Shown here in pieces: positions 18,900-29,464 of a stretch of 64,000 bases of DNA. The stretch comes from Candidatus Poribacteria bacterium (lineage in GTDB: Bacteria > Poribacteria > WGA-4E > WGA-3G), in assembly GCA_965214095.1 (NCBI GenBank), contig OZ243938.1, positions 4,640,001 to 4,704,000 on the forward strand, in the 5' to 3' direction. The position numbers and the translations under genes were made by a program. Numbering within the stretch: the first letter of the stretch is position 1; each line of letters begins with the position of its first letter. Under the pieces are notes generated by a model. The model saw nothing but the letters and a program-made list of their open reading frames with translations. It was not told where the DNA came from and did no database searches.

Positions 18900-21548
18900 C
18901 TACTTTAAAATGACGAGTCGTCGTGTCTGTTGGAAGGATGGGGTTTCAAGTCTGTAAAAATAGACACCACTTGCAACCCGTTCTCCAAGTGTATTACGAC
19001 CATCCCAATATGCAGCACGTTCTCGACTGTTATAGAAACCAGTAGATTGAAAACCGAGCGGAAGGGTGCGAATCAACTGACCTGTAGAATCGAAAATGGT
19101 TAACGATACAGGACTATCTTGCGAGAGTTGATACGGAATCCACGTCTCAGGGTTAAACGGATTCGGGTAGTTCTGCAAAAGCTGATTCTGATTCGGTTTA
19201 CCAATACTATCAAGATTGACAGTCAAAACAGCGTTTGCCAAGTTCTCTGAAGTTACTTTAAACTGAATGTTTTGTGATTCAAAGTTTCCATCCGGACCGA
19301 TAACGCGTAATTCAAGCACGTCTCCAAGTTTAACAACGCTTTTTCGCGTTAAGTCTACCGTTGCCGCTGCAAAGTATTCACCTTGTATCGGTGTGGTAAT
19401 CACACCATTTGTTCTTAGGTTACGGACAATTACCTGATAGCCGTCAAAGATAGCTTTGTCTTCCAACTTTCCACTTACGACGAATGCCCACGTTTCCTTC
19501 AGTTTGACTATGTTAGGTGCTGCAGCCGCATCGTCGTTTTGGTTTGTCCACCGTGAACCGACGAAGGCAAAATTGCGAGTTTCTGGAACATTAACGATAT
19601 AGCCTTGACCACCTTCAATCGTGAATCCATCGTTAGGTGCGGCGGGTGTCCAACCAACGAAACGTTGATTTTCTGCATCAAGTGCAATTACAACTGTTGC
19701 ACCTGCTATCCCAGCGAGTGATTTTGCAGTCATAGGATTTGGTGATGCTAAAGGCAAAGAAAGCATGTTCAACCCTTTATTCAATGTGATGTTATAGATA
19801 TTACCAAATTGATCACTTTTTTCCTTTGTGTCAAGTCTGGCGATAAACCCGTGTCTACGTCCATCCACTGAGTCATAATGCCCAACGACAGAGCCGTCTT
19901 GATTTATATTCCAACCTTCGGTGCTCACAGCACCAGGAAACTGCAATTCTTTTAGGTTGAGGGGGCTGCCGACATAAGTGCGCGGGACATCACCCACTGC
20001 TTTTGCTCTGCCGACGACACTTCTTGACTCGTTGAGACCGTGGAGAAAAAAGTATTCCAGATTTAGTGCGTTTGGAAGGTCAATAGATAGAAATCTACCA
20101 ATTGAACTACGCATGTATGCATGATATATGCCTTCAGCATCTACATAGCTGCCTACGATATGACCTGTCCAACTTACAAAATCTGCGTAAGTTTCCGGTG
20201 CTCCGGGAAACTCGACTATCGTGTCCGCTGAGAATCCACGGCGAATACCAGAAGCATCTATAAAAGTACCTGTCAGTGCCCCTGTCGCATCACTATACCC
20301 GTATATCTCCGTTTCGACAGCACCTGGGAAATCGTATTGACGCATCTCACCATTTTCTAAGACGACACCGTGGAAAAGGCCATCGCTATCTTCGTAGTGA
20401 CCTGCAGCTTCTCCATTATTACCGAAGGCATAGAAATAAGTGTTCTTTGAACCTGGGAAATCGTAGGTCGTAAAAATACCATTGATGAGTGTAAAACCGA
20501 CATTTTTTTCCCCATCAGTACTTTTCGTGTTTCCTGCATAATCACCAAAATCGCTACTCGCTGTCACTCCGAGATGCTCTACACCTGGCACATCAATCGT
20601 CTCAAAAGTATAGTTTAGGTCAGGAGGACGTCGCACAGTAGTCGGCTTTAAAGGTCTAGCGATAAATCCGTGTGTACGTCCATCGCTTGAGGTATAGTGT
20701 CCGACGACAGAACTATCCTGATTGATGTTCCAACCTTCCGTGCTAACGCTATCGGGAACCTTAAATTCTTGTAGAGCGACGGGGTTGCCAACAAAGGTTA
20801 GTGGGACACCATCGACTGATTTCGCTCTGCCAACGGCAACCAGTGCATCATTGATCCCGTGTAGATAAAAGTATTCCATATTTGGTATTTCTGGAATACC
20901 TAGCGTAGCAAAACTACCATTAGGTCCACGCAGGTATGCATGATATGTGCCTTCAGCATCTATATAGCTACCCACGACATTGTCCAATCCACTAACAAAA
21001 TCGGCATAAGTCTCAGATGCTCCGGGGAACTCAACGATTGTATCTCCTGAGAATCCACGACGCACACCAGATACATCAGTAAAATTACCGGTCAGTGCCC
21101 CAGTTGAATCGCTATACCCGTAGATCTCCGTTTGAACAGAGTTCGGGAAATCATATTGACGTAGTTCTCCATCATCCAAAATGACACCGTGGAAGAGTCC
21201 GTCGGTATCCTCATAGTGCCCCGCTGTGAGCCCATTATTACCGAGTGCGTAGAAATACGTGTTTTTTGAATTGGGGAAATCGTGGGTCTCAAAAACACCA
21301 TCAATGAGTGTAAAGGCAACGAATTTCTCTCCATCAGTACTCAGCGTATAACCTGCGTAATCCTCAAAGTCGCTACTCGCAGTCAACGCTAGGAAATCTA
21401 TACCTGGAACATCAATCGTCTCAAATGTATAGTTGTCGTTAACAGATTGGTTAATTTGTGCTGTTGCGTTCATCAGGAAAATGGAATTGAGACAAAACAA
21501 CAACGTGAACATATATAACAAAAAACTGGATTTAATTTGACTGTGCAA
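18900..21548 (-). CDS. Secreted repeat protein (two ~280-aa modules of HAF-like extracellular repeats) with Ig-like region and FlgD-Ig/T9SS-like tail; paralogue 1
   Basis: Signal peptide; recurring YDFPG..T..Y......G...G.Y.D..G..HG units; NYPNPFNPETWIPY. Confidence 0.85.
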   Translation of the reverse strand: MHSQIKSSFLLYMFTLLFCLNSIFLMNATAQINQSVNDNYTFETIDVPGIDFLALTASSDFEDYAGYTLSTDGEKFVAFTLIDGVFETHDFPNSKNTYFYALGNNGLTAGHYEDTDGLFHGVILDDGELRQYDFPNSVQTEIYGYSDSTGALTGNFTDVSGVRRGFSGDTIVEFPGASETYADFVSGLDNVVGSYIDAEGTYHAYLRGPNGSFATLGIPEIPNMEYFYLHGINDALVAVGRAKSVDGVPLTFVGNPVALQEFKVPDSVSTEGWNINQDSSVVGHYTSSDGRTHGFIARPLKPTTVRRPPDLNYTFETIDVPGVEHLGVTASSDFGDYAGNTKSTDGEKNVGFTLINGIFTTYDFPGSKNTYFYAFGNNGEAAGHYEDSDGLFHGVVLENGEMRQYDFPGAVETEIYGYSDATGALTGTFIDASGIRRGFSADTIVEFPGAPETYADFVSWTGHIVGSYVDAEGIYHAYMRSSIGRFLSIDLPNALNLEYFFLHGLNESRSVVGRAKAVGDVPRTYVGSPLNLKELQFPGAVSTEGWNINQDGSVVGHYDSVDGRRHGFIARLDTKEKSDQFGNIYNITLNKGLNMLSLPLASPNPMTAKSLAGIAGATVVIALDAENQRFVGWTPAAPNDGFTIEGGQGYIVNVPETRNFAFVGSRWTNQNDDAAAAPNIVKLKETWAFVVSGKLEDKAIFDGYQVIVRNLRTNGVITTPIQGEYFAAATVDLTRKSVVKLGDVLELRVIGPDGNFESQNIQFKVTSENLANAVLTVNLDSIGKPNQNQLLQNYPNPFNPETWIPYQLSQDSPVSLTIFDSTGQLIRTLPLGFQSTGFYNSRERAAYWDGRNTLGERVASGVYFYRLETPSFQQTRRLVILK

Positions 21549-21861
21549 AATGGATACCTCACTTAAGATATTTTCTATATAGATGGAAAGTAATTTGTCA
21601 GATATCCCGTTCAGAGGGGTGTTGCTTATACTTTTAAGTTTCGCAATTTTGCATTTAGCAATAGACTAAAAGCGAGAACAAGGTGTCCTGACACAATTAG
21701 ATGTAACAAAAAGTATGCAACATTTCTCAAAAAAAGGCAAGGAGAATCTCATTTGTTTTCTTGATTTTCTTTATGGAATTTAAGGATAGACAGGTTGACG
21801 TTTACAGCAAGGGAGGGATATGGAAGATTACGATTTACAGGTCTTTCTTAGGCTTAAAGGA

Positions 21862-21896
21862 GTGTCACAGTTGCGTCAATAGTGCAACTGTGACAC
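21862..21896. terminator. Hairpin/terminator downstream of 21921-24611
   Basis: GTGTCACAGTTGC...GCAACTGTGACAC. Confidence 0.65.
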
Positions 21897-21920
21897 CTAT
21901 GTGTTCTATACTGATTGAAC

Positions 21921-24611
21921 TTACTTTAAGATTACAAGCTGCCGTGTTTGCTGGAAGGATGGCATTTCTAACTTGTAAAAGTAGATACCACTGGCAACTC
22001 TTTCACCTAAAGTGTTTTTGCCATCCCAATAAGCAGCACGTCCTCGGTTATAATAGAAACCTACTGACTGATATCCAAGAGTAAATTTTCGGACAAGCCC
22101 ACCCGTTGTATCAAAAATAGATATAGAGACAGGACCGGCATTTGACAGTTGATACGGGATCCAAGTTTCAGGGTTAAACGGGTTCGGATAATTCTGCAAT
22201 AAGAGGTTACCATTCGGTTTGCCAATACCATCAAGATTGACAGTTAGCAGTGCATTTTCCAAATTGTTAGGTGTTACCTCAAAACTGAATTTCTCTGAAG
22301 CGATATTACCGTTTTTATCGGATACCGTAACTTCCAGTGTATCCCCAACATGCACAACACTCTTCCGCGCTAAGTCGACAGTTGCAGTAGCGAAATATTG
22401 ATCTCTTACTTGTGCTGTCAGAACGGAGTTTGTTCGGAGGTTTCGGATTGTGATTAGATACCCGTCGTAATTCTGCGTTCCTTCTAATTGACCACTTACG
22501 ACGAATGCCCATACGTTTTGAGGTGTTAGAGTCGCAATTGGTGCTGCAGCTTCCTCGGTTTGGTTTGTCCACCGTGAACCGTTGAACGCAAAATTGCGAT
22601 CTTCTGGGACATTTACGATATAACCTTGTCCACCCTCAATAGGGAACCCATCGTTTGGCGCACTTGGTGTCCAACCTATGAATTGCTGATTTTCGGCATC
22701 AAGTGCTATTACAACTGTCGCGCCTGCTATTCCAGCGAGTGATTTTGCGTTCATCGGTTTTGGTGGTGCTAATGGCACAGACAGCATGTTTAAACCTTTG
22801 GTGAGTGTGACGGTGTACGTGTTACCAAAGTGATCACTCTCTTCCTTAGTACTGAGTCTTGCGACAAAGCCGTGTCTACGTCCATCTGCGGAGACATAGC
22901 TTCCGACGACAGAACCGTCCTGATTGATGTTCCAGCCTTCCGTTCTAACACTTCCCGGATATTGCAATTCATGTAGTCCGTGCTGGAATGAACCGACATA
23001 CGAGCGCGGAATGTCTCCTTTAGCTTTAGATCTGAGAATGACTGTGAAACCTTTTGATTTTACATCTGCGGCTCCGTGAAGGAATAAGTATTCCTGAATG
23101 GATGGATCCAGATGGTCCACAACTAAGTACCTGCCATCCGGTCTATACGCGAATGAATGATATAGACCTTCAACGTCTACGTAGCTGCCTACAACAAGAC
23201 CGTTTGCATACACAAAATCGGCATAAGTTGCTGATGCTTCAGGAGCCTCAACAACTGTATCACCTGAGAATCCGCGGCGAACGCCATCAGCACCTATAAA
23301 ATTACCTGTCAGTGCGCCGGTTGCATCACTGATACCGAATATTTGCGTTTCGACAGCATCCGGAAAATCGTATTGCCGTAGTTCACCATTTTCTAAGATG
23401 ACACCGTGATAGAGACCATCACTATCTTCGTAATGCCCAGCAGCTTGCCCGTTATTACCGAGTGCATAGAAGTACGTATTTTTGGAACCGGGAAAATCAT
23501 AGGTCGCAAAAACACCATCGATCAGTGTAAAACCGACTATTTTTTTTCCATCAGGCCTCCGAGTGTTACCAGCGTAGTCTTCAAAATCGCTACTCGCTGT
23601 CAATTCTAAAAAATCTACACCTGGAACATCAATGCTCTGAAATACATAGTTGAAATCGGTGTCTGGGGTAGCGGGTTGCGTAGCAGTATCCTGTGCGGGT
23701 TTTGCGATAAACCCGTGTCTACGTCCATCGGCTGTATCATAGTGTCCGACGATAGAACTGTCCTGATTAATATTCCAGCCCTCTGTGACAACACTACCTG
23801 GATACTGCACTTCATGTAGTTCATACCGAAGCGAACCGACATAGGTGCGTGGGACATCATCCACTGCTTTTGCTCTGCCAATGACAATCGTTACATCGTT
23901 GATTCCATGCAGAAAAAAATATTCCAAATTGGACGGGTCCAAAAGTTCTACAGTTACGAATTTACCTTCTGGATCAACTAGGTATGTATGATATAGACCT
24001 TCAGCGTCTATGTACGTGCCTACAATACGACCACTTGAATTCACAAAATCGGCATGAGTTGCTGATGCACCAGGGTACTCAACGATTGTCTCTCCTGAAA
24101 ATCCTCGGCGAATACCGGAAGTATCTATAAAATTGCCTGTAAGTGCACCGGTTGCATCACTAATACCGTATATCTCCGTTTGGACAGCACCCGGAAAATC
24201 GTATTGTCTCAACTCACCATTCTCCAAAATGACACCGTGGTACAAACCATTGCTATCTTGGTAATGCCCGGCCGCTTGTCCATTATTACCGAAGGCATAA
24301 AAATGAGTTTTCTGAGAGCCGGAGAAATCATAAGTTGTAAATACGTCATTAATGAGTGTAAAGGCGATTTCTTTTTCACCGTCAGCACTTTTCGTGTAGC
24401 CGGCGTAATCTTCAAAGTCGCTACTCGCTGTCACCGCTAAAAAATCTACACCTGGAACATCAATGCTCTCAAAGGTATAGCTGGAGCCGGTGGACGCAAC
24501 AGCGGATTCACTGTTATCTTGGGCAGCAGTGTCCCTTAGGAAAAAGGAATTGAGGCACATGAACAATATAAACGTGTAAAACAAGAAACTGGTCTTAATC
24601 TGAGTGTGCAT
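21921..24611 (-). CDS. Secreted two-module repeat protein with T9SS-like tail; paralogue 2
   Basis: Same architecture as 18900-21548. Confidence 0.85.
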   Translation of the reverse strand: MHTQIKTSFLFYTFILFMCLNSFFLRDTAAQDNSESAVASTGSSYTFESIDVPGVDFLAVTASSDFEDYAGYTKSADGEKEIAFTLINDVFTTYDFSGSQKTHFYAFGNNGQAAGHYQDSNGLYHGVILENGELRQYDFPGAVQTEIYGISDATGALTGNFIDTSGIRRGFSGETIVEYPGASATHADFVNSSGRIVGTYIDAEGLYHTYLVDPEGKFVTVELLDPSNLEYFFLHGINDVTIVIGRAKAVDDVPRTYVGSLRYELHEVQYPGSVVTEGWNINQDSSIVGHYDTADGRRHGFIAKPAQDTATQPATPDTDFNYVFQSIDVPGVDFLELTASSDFEDYAGNTRRPDGKKIVGFTLIDGVFATYDFPGSKNTYFYALGNNGQAAGHYEDSDGLYHGVILENGELRQYDFPDAVETQIFGISDATGALTGNFIGADGVRRGFSGDTVVEAPEASATYADFVYANGLVVGSYVDVEGLYHSFAYRPDGRYLVVDHLDPSIQEYLFLHGAADVKSKGFTVILRSKAKGDIPRSYVGSFQHGLHELQYPGSVRTEGWNINQDGSVVGSYVSADGRRHGFVARLSTKEESDHFGNTYTVTLTKGLNMLSVPLAPPKPMNAKSLAGIAGATVVIALDAENQQFIGWTPSAPNDGFPIEGGQGYIVNVPEDRNFAFNGSRWTNQTEEAAAPIATLTPQNVWAFVVSGQLEGTQNYDGYLITIRNLRTNSVLTAQVRDQYFATATVDLARKSVVHVGDTLEVTVSDKNGNIASEKFSFEVTPNNLENALLTVNLDGIGKPNGNLLLQNYPNPFNPETWIPYQLSNAGPVSISIFDTTGGLVRKFTLGYQSVGFYYNRGRAAYWDGKNTLGERVASGIYFYKLEMPSFQQTRQLVILK

Positions 24612-24668
24612 AATGCAAACCTCACTTAAAGTATTTTCTCCAAAGATAAAAAATAATATAATATATTA

Positions 24669-24798
24669 CAGGACTTACCCACTTCCTCTTAAAGTCCCTC
24701 TGATAAGGGAATTTAGAGGTTAAAAACACCTGTATACTCTCACTACGAGGCATTTCCAGCAAAATCATACTTTGCCTGTTCAATTTACGTAAGTCCTA
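24669..24798. mobile_element. MITE with CAGGACTTAC terminal inverted repeats and TATTA target duplication
   Basis: CAGGACTTAC ... GTAAGTCCTA; TATTA at 24664-24668 and 24799-24803; absent from the homologous upstream region of paralogue 1. Confidence 0.75.
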
Positions 24799-24907
24799 TA
24801 TTAGATACCCTGTCCTGAGTTATGATGCTTGTATTTGAAGTTCGCAAGTTAACGTTTAACAATTCAGTAACTTAGGGTTTGGACATCTTTTGTTATGCTT
24901 ATACGGA

Positions 24908-24938
24908 GTATCACAGTTACACTGTGCAACTGTGATAC
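24908..24938. terminator. Hairpin/terminator downstream of 24959-27661
   Basis: GTATCACAGTT...AACTGTGATAC. Confidence 0.6.
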
Positions 24939-24958
24939 CAGTAGGTTACTGATTGACG

Positions 24959-27661
24959 CTACTTTACAATGACGAGTCGTCGTGTTTGCTGGAATGATGG
25001 CGTTTCTAACTTGTAAAAGTAGATACCACTGGTGACTCTTTCACCTAAAGTGTTTTTGCCATCCCAATAAGCAGCACGTCCTCGGTTATAATAGAAACCC
25101 TCTGATTGATGTCCAAGAGTAAGTTTTCGGACAAGTCCACCCGTTGTGTCAAAAATAGATATAGAAACAGGACCGGCATTTGACAGTTGATACGGGATCC
25201 AAGTTTCAGGGTTAAATGGGTTCGGATAATTCTGTAATAAGAGGTTACCATTCGGTTTACCAATCCCATCAAGATTGACAGTCAGTAGTGCATTTTCCAA
25301 ACTGTTGGGTGTTACCTCAAAACTGAATTTCTCTGAAGCGATATTGCCGTTTTTATCGGATACCGTCACTTCCAGTGTATCTCCAACATGCACAACACTC
25401 TTCCGCGCCAAGTCGACGGTTGCAGCAGCGAAGTATTGATCTTTTACTTGTGCTGTCAGAACGGAGTTTGTTCGGAGGTTTCGGATTGTGATTAGATACC
25501 CGTCGTAATTCTGCGTTCCTTCCAATTGACCGCTCATGACGAATGCCCACGCGTTTTGAGGTGTTGGTGTTGCAATGGGTGCTGCAGCTTCCTCGGTTTG
25601 GTTTGTCCACTGTGAACCGACGAAGGTAAAATTGCGAGCTTCTGGAACATTAACGATATAACCTTGTCCACCTTCAATCGTGAAGCCGTCGTTAGGTGCA
25701 GCGGGTGTCCAACCAACGAAACGTTGATTTTCAGAATCAAGTGCTATTACAACGGTTGCCCCTGTTATTCCTGCGAGTGATTTTGCGTTCATCGGTTTAG
25801 GTGGTGCTAATGGCACAGACAGCATGTTTAAACCTTTCGACAGGGACACGGTGTAAGCGTTGCCAAAATGACGGCTCTCTGCCTCGGTAGTGAGTTTGGC
25901 GATAAACCCGTGCCTACGTCCATCTGGTGAGTCATAGTGTCCGACGACAGAACCGTCCTGATTGATATTCCAGCCTTCTGTGCTAACGCTGCCTGGGACC
26001 TGCAATTCATGTAGCCCATACAGGTATGATCCGACATAGGAGCGCGGGCGGTCCCCCACCGCTTTGGCTCTAGCAATCACAAACACACCACTGCCCTCTG
26101 CGTCGTTAATCCCGTGGAGAAAAAAGTATTCCAGATTGGACGGGTCCAGGTAGTCCAGAATTACAAACCTGCCACTCCGTAGATGCGCGTATGCATGATA
26201 TAGACCGTCAGCATCTACGTAGCTGCCGATAATAGAGCCTGCGGCATTCACAAAATCGCTGTATGTTGCTGTTGCCTCGGGTGCCTCAATGATTGCGTCA
26301 CCTGAGAAGCCGCGACGCACGCCAGAAGCGTCAATAAAATTCCCTGTCAGTGCGCCGGTCGCATCACTGATACCATATATGAACGTTTCAACGGCACCCG
26401 GAAAATCGTATTGCCGCAACTCGCCATTTTCTAAGATGGCACCGTGATAGAGACCATCGCTGTCTTGGTAGTGTCCGGCAGCTGTCCCATTGTTGCCGAG
26501 TGCATAGAAATAAGTGCCCTGCGAGTCAGGGAAATCATAAGTCGTAAAAACGCCATCAATGAGGGTAAAGGCGACCTCTTTTTCGCCATCGGGACTTTTC
26601 GTATAGCCAGCGTAATCCTCAAAGTCGCTGCTCGCAGTCAACGCTAAGGAATCTACGCCCGGAACATCAATACTCTCATAAGTATAGTTGAAGTCAGGGG
26701 GTGGCGGGTACGCTATATTTCTGAATTGTGCAGCGGTTTCGGCAGTGGGTTTTGCGAGAAACCCGCGTCTCTGTCCATCTGCTGAGTCGTAGTACCCGAC
26801 GACAGAACCGTCCTGATTGATATTCCAACCCTCCGTGCTAACGCTGCCCGGAAACTGTAATTCAGATAATCCTTGTTGGGATGTGCCGACATAGGAGCGC
26901 GGAATGTCATCTCTCGCTTTAGCGCGTGCAACGATAATCCTTGTATCAGTGATACCGTGGATAAAAAAGTATTCCAGCAGTGATGAGTCCAAGTAGTCAT
27001 GAAATACAAATGTGCCATTTGAAGTGCGCACGTATGGATAATATAGACCGTCAGCGCCTATGTAGCTGCCTGTAATAGCACCACTTGCGTTCACAAAATC
27101 AGCATAAGTTGCTGTTGCATCAGGTACTTCAATGATTATGTCACCTGAGAATCCACGTTGAACGCCAGAGACATCTATAAAATTACCGGTTAATACGTCC
27201 TTTGAATCACTGTAACCGTATATCTCCGTTTCGATGGCACCCGGAAAATCATATTGCCGCAACTCGCCATCTTCTAAAATGATGCCGTGATGAAGACCAT
27301 CACTATCTTCGTAGTGTCCCGCAGCTAATCCATTATTACCGAACGCATAGAAGTAAGTGTTCTGCGCGCCGGGGAAGTCATAGGTTGTAAAAACGCCGTC
27401 TATAAGTGTAAACCCGACCATTTTTTCACCATCGGCACTATTCGTGTAGCCTGCGTAGTCCTCAAAATCGCTACTCGCTGTCAACGCTAAAAAGTCTACG
27501 TCCGGCACATTAATACTCTCATAAGTGTAGGTGAAGTCAGGGGATGTGGGAGTAGGATCATTATCGGTTTGTGCATCGGTGTTGCTTAAAAAAAAGAAAT
27601 TGAGGCATACAAACAACGTAAACGTGTAAAACAAAAAACTGGTTTTAATCTGAGTGTGCAT
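24959..27661 (-). CDS. Secreted two-module repeat protein with T9SS-like tail; paralogue 3
   Basis: Same architecture; 3' about 0.8 kb nearly identical to paralogue 2 at the DNA level. Confidence 0.85.
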   Translation of the reverse strand: MHTQIKTSFLFYTFTLFVCLNFFFLSNTDAQTDNDPTPTSPDFTYTYESINVPDVDFLALTASSDFEDYAGYTNSADGEKMVGFTLIDGVFTTYDFPGAQNTYFYAFGNNGLAAGHYEDSDGLHHGIILEDGELRQYDFPGAIETEIYGYSDSKDVLTGNFIDVSGVQRGFSGDIIIEVPDATATYADFVNASGAITGSYIGADGLYYPYVRTSNGTFVFHDYLDSSLLEYFFIHGITDTRIIVARAKARDDIPRSYVGTSQQGLSELQFPGSVSTEGWNINQDGSVVGYYDSADGQRRGFLAKPTAETAAQFRNIAYPPPPDFNYTYESIDVPGVDSLALTASSDFEDYAGYTKSPDGEKEVAFTLIDGVFTTYDFPDSQGTYFYALGNNGTAAGHYQDSDGLYHGAILENGELRQYDFPGAVETFIYGISDATGALTGNFIDASGVRRGFSGDAIIEAPEATATYSDFVNAAGSIIGSYVDADGLYHAYAHLRSGRFVILDYLDPSNLEYFFLHGINDAEGSGVFVIARAKAVGDRPRSYVGSYLYGLHELQVPGSVSTEGWNINQDGSVVGHYDSPDGRRHGFIAKLTTEAESRHFGNAYTVSLSKGLNMLSVPLAPPKPMNAKSLAGITGATVVIALDSENQRFVGWTPAAPNDGFTIEGGQGYIVNVPEARNFTFVGSQWTNQTEEAAAPIATPTPQNAWAFVMSGQLEGTQNYDGYLITIRNLRTNSVLTAQVKDQYFAAATVDLARKSVVHVGDTLEVTVSDKNGNIASEKFSFEVTPNSLENALLTVNLDGIGKPNGNLLLQNYPNPFNPETWIPYQLSNAGPVSISIFDTTGGLVRKLTLGHQSEGFYYNRGRAAYWDGKNTLGERVTSGIYFYKLETPSFQQTRRLVIVK

Positions 27662-27683
27662 AATGCAAACCTTTCTAAATTAT

Positions 27684-27829
27684 TGTGAATTCGATATTAA
27701 CGATTTTCCGTGAATGTTGCAGGGATTCAACACCAATGTATGTTTAGCATTGTCAAGAAACTGCACCTACCGCTGTAATGTGCGAAAATTCAGAGATAAA
27801 AACTCAAATTCTCTAATACCGAACTCACA
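27684..27829. mobile_element. Putative MITE with TGTGA(A/G)TTCG(A/G)TATTA TIRs and degenerate REP remnant
   Basis: TGTGAATTCGATATTA ... TAATACCGAACTCACA; internal AAACTGCACCTACCG is the reverse complement of CGGTAGGTGCAGTTT. Confidence 0.65.
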
Positions 27830-28065
27830 TTATTAATACATTTATTAATGATTTAATATGTTTCAATAATCAATCAGAGTATATTGAGGTATTATACTCA
27901 ATCAGATTAAGACATAATTATTTTGATATGGTTTAGACAAATTAATATTATTCAATACTATTTTGTAATGACCAAATACTATTTTATTCTTTGTGTGGAA
28001 TTGGATTGTGAGGTGTTTTTATTTATAATGGTGGGATTTTTGACAGGGTTATTTTGTTTAAGGCT

Positions 28066-29442
28066 TTAACGCAATTTGATTTTCTTCCATACAATAACGG
28101 CAACACCGAATAAAGCAAAACCAAAGAGTGTAAATGGCATTTGCCACAGTAGAAAACTCATATGTGTATGGATGTATGAGTGTGCTTTGAAGATTACAAA
28201 CCACGATAATGGAGCTAAAATTGAAAACCACGTTGTCCAAAATAATGCTTTGCATTTCTGTGAAAGTTCCTCTATATCCCTTTTGATCAGCACAGATAGT
28301 AGAACAGATATTGCTATAAACAGAACTATGAGATAATAATATCGTATTTTGAATAGGTGGTTTGTGACAAATGCATTTGTTTGGGAAAGATAGTTGTTGA
28401 AATCAAAGAAAACACCATTCATGTAGGTAATGACGACCCCTATTGCTCCTGCTTCAAGACTTGCTGCATATACGGGTGGAAAGTCTTCCGCTTCTCCATA
28501 AGTTCGCTTTCCAAATGACCATATCACATGCTCAATTCCATCCATAAATCCACCTTTGATAGCACCAATCTGGTAACATAACATTATTAGACTAAGTAAA
28601 ATTGCAACACCAGTACCGACTGCTGTTGCAAACGAATATTTCAGACATTGATCTCTGTTCCATTTGTCAAGAATAGCATAGTAGATACACGGTGTTACCA
28701 TCATTATCAGTGTTGTTGTGATGTATTCGTATCCGTTGATGAAACACTTTATGGAGACCGCTATGAAGATTAAAATACCGAACTTGGCAATTTGGTGTTC
28801 ATCTGAATCTCTGTTGTTCTTCAGATAATATAAGACAACGATCATTGGTAGGTAGAACGCCCATAAACTCCACCATAGATTACGACCAAAGACTGTCAAC
28901 CATTGGGATAGAACTACAGAACATAGGACGCATATTCCAACCCATCCACCGAATTCCTCATAAAACCAACCGATAACATAAGTGATTGCAATTGCTGAAA
29001 GTAGAGAAGTTAAACCCCAAAAAATCCACAACTTAACTATAGGTGTGAAAGGAATGATTCTGTCTAATAGGCTAAAAATCATACCTTGACCACCAGGTTG
29101 TGAGTTGTAGGTTGAGAATGTATCAAAAGTGCGGCCATTGAGATAGGCTATATATTGGTTAGCAACCTTCTTTGTAGTTCCTGTATCATTTTCAACTATC
29201 GTGACGATTCCATCTCCATTTAGTCCTCCAGCAGATAGGATGCCGTGCTGACGAGATTTGACCATCCTTCCCATTATATGACCTTCGGTGTCTCGTTGAT
29301 GATTTTTGAACCAGTTTTGTTCTGCGACACGGCCTGCATTTGTGTAGAATCCTGCAAAAATAAACAGGATTGAAATAACCCATATTCCTATCTTCTTTAT
29401 ATTATTTGACTTACTAAGATTTTTTAGGTGTGATGTTAGCAT
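28066..29442 (-). CDS. Polytopic membrane protein, possibly GT-C-type glycosyltransferase
   Basis: About 11 hydrophobic segments; Y.SQPGGQG, GYEYITT, K.HSYIH.H motifs; start inferred at MLTSHLK. Confidence 0.6.
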   Translation of the reverse strand: MLTSHLKNLSKSNNIKKIGIWVISILFIFAGFYTNAGRVAEQNWFKNHQRDTEGHIMGRMVKSRQHGILSAGGLNGDGIVTIVENDTGTTKKVANQYIAYLNGRTFDTFSTYNSQPGGQGMIFSLLDRIIPFTPIVKLWIFWGLTSLLSAIAITYVIGWFYEEFGGWVGICVLCSVVLSQWLTVFGRNLWWSLWAFYLPMIVVLYYLKNNRDSDEHQIAKFGILIFIAVSIKCFINGYEYITTTLIMMVTPCIYYAILDKWNRDQCLKYSFATAVGTGVAILLSLIMLCYQIGAIKGGFMDGIEHVIWSFGKRTYGEAEDFPPVYAASLEAGAIGVVITYMNGVFFDFNNYLSQTNAFVTNHLFKIRYYYLIVLFIAISVLLSVLIKRDIEELSQKCKALFWTTWFSILAPLSWFVIFKAHSYIHTHMSFLLWQMPFTLFGFALFGVAVIVWKKIKLR

Positions 29443-29464
29443 ATCGTTTATTGTGTAGAGTTTA

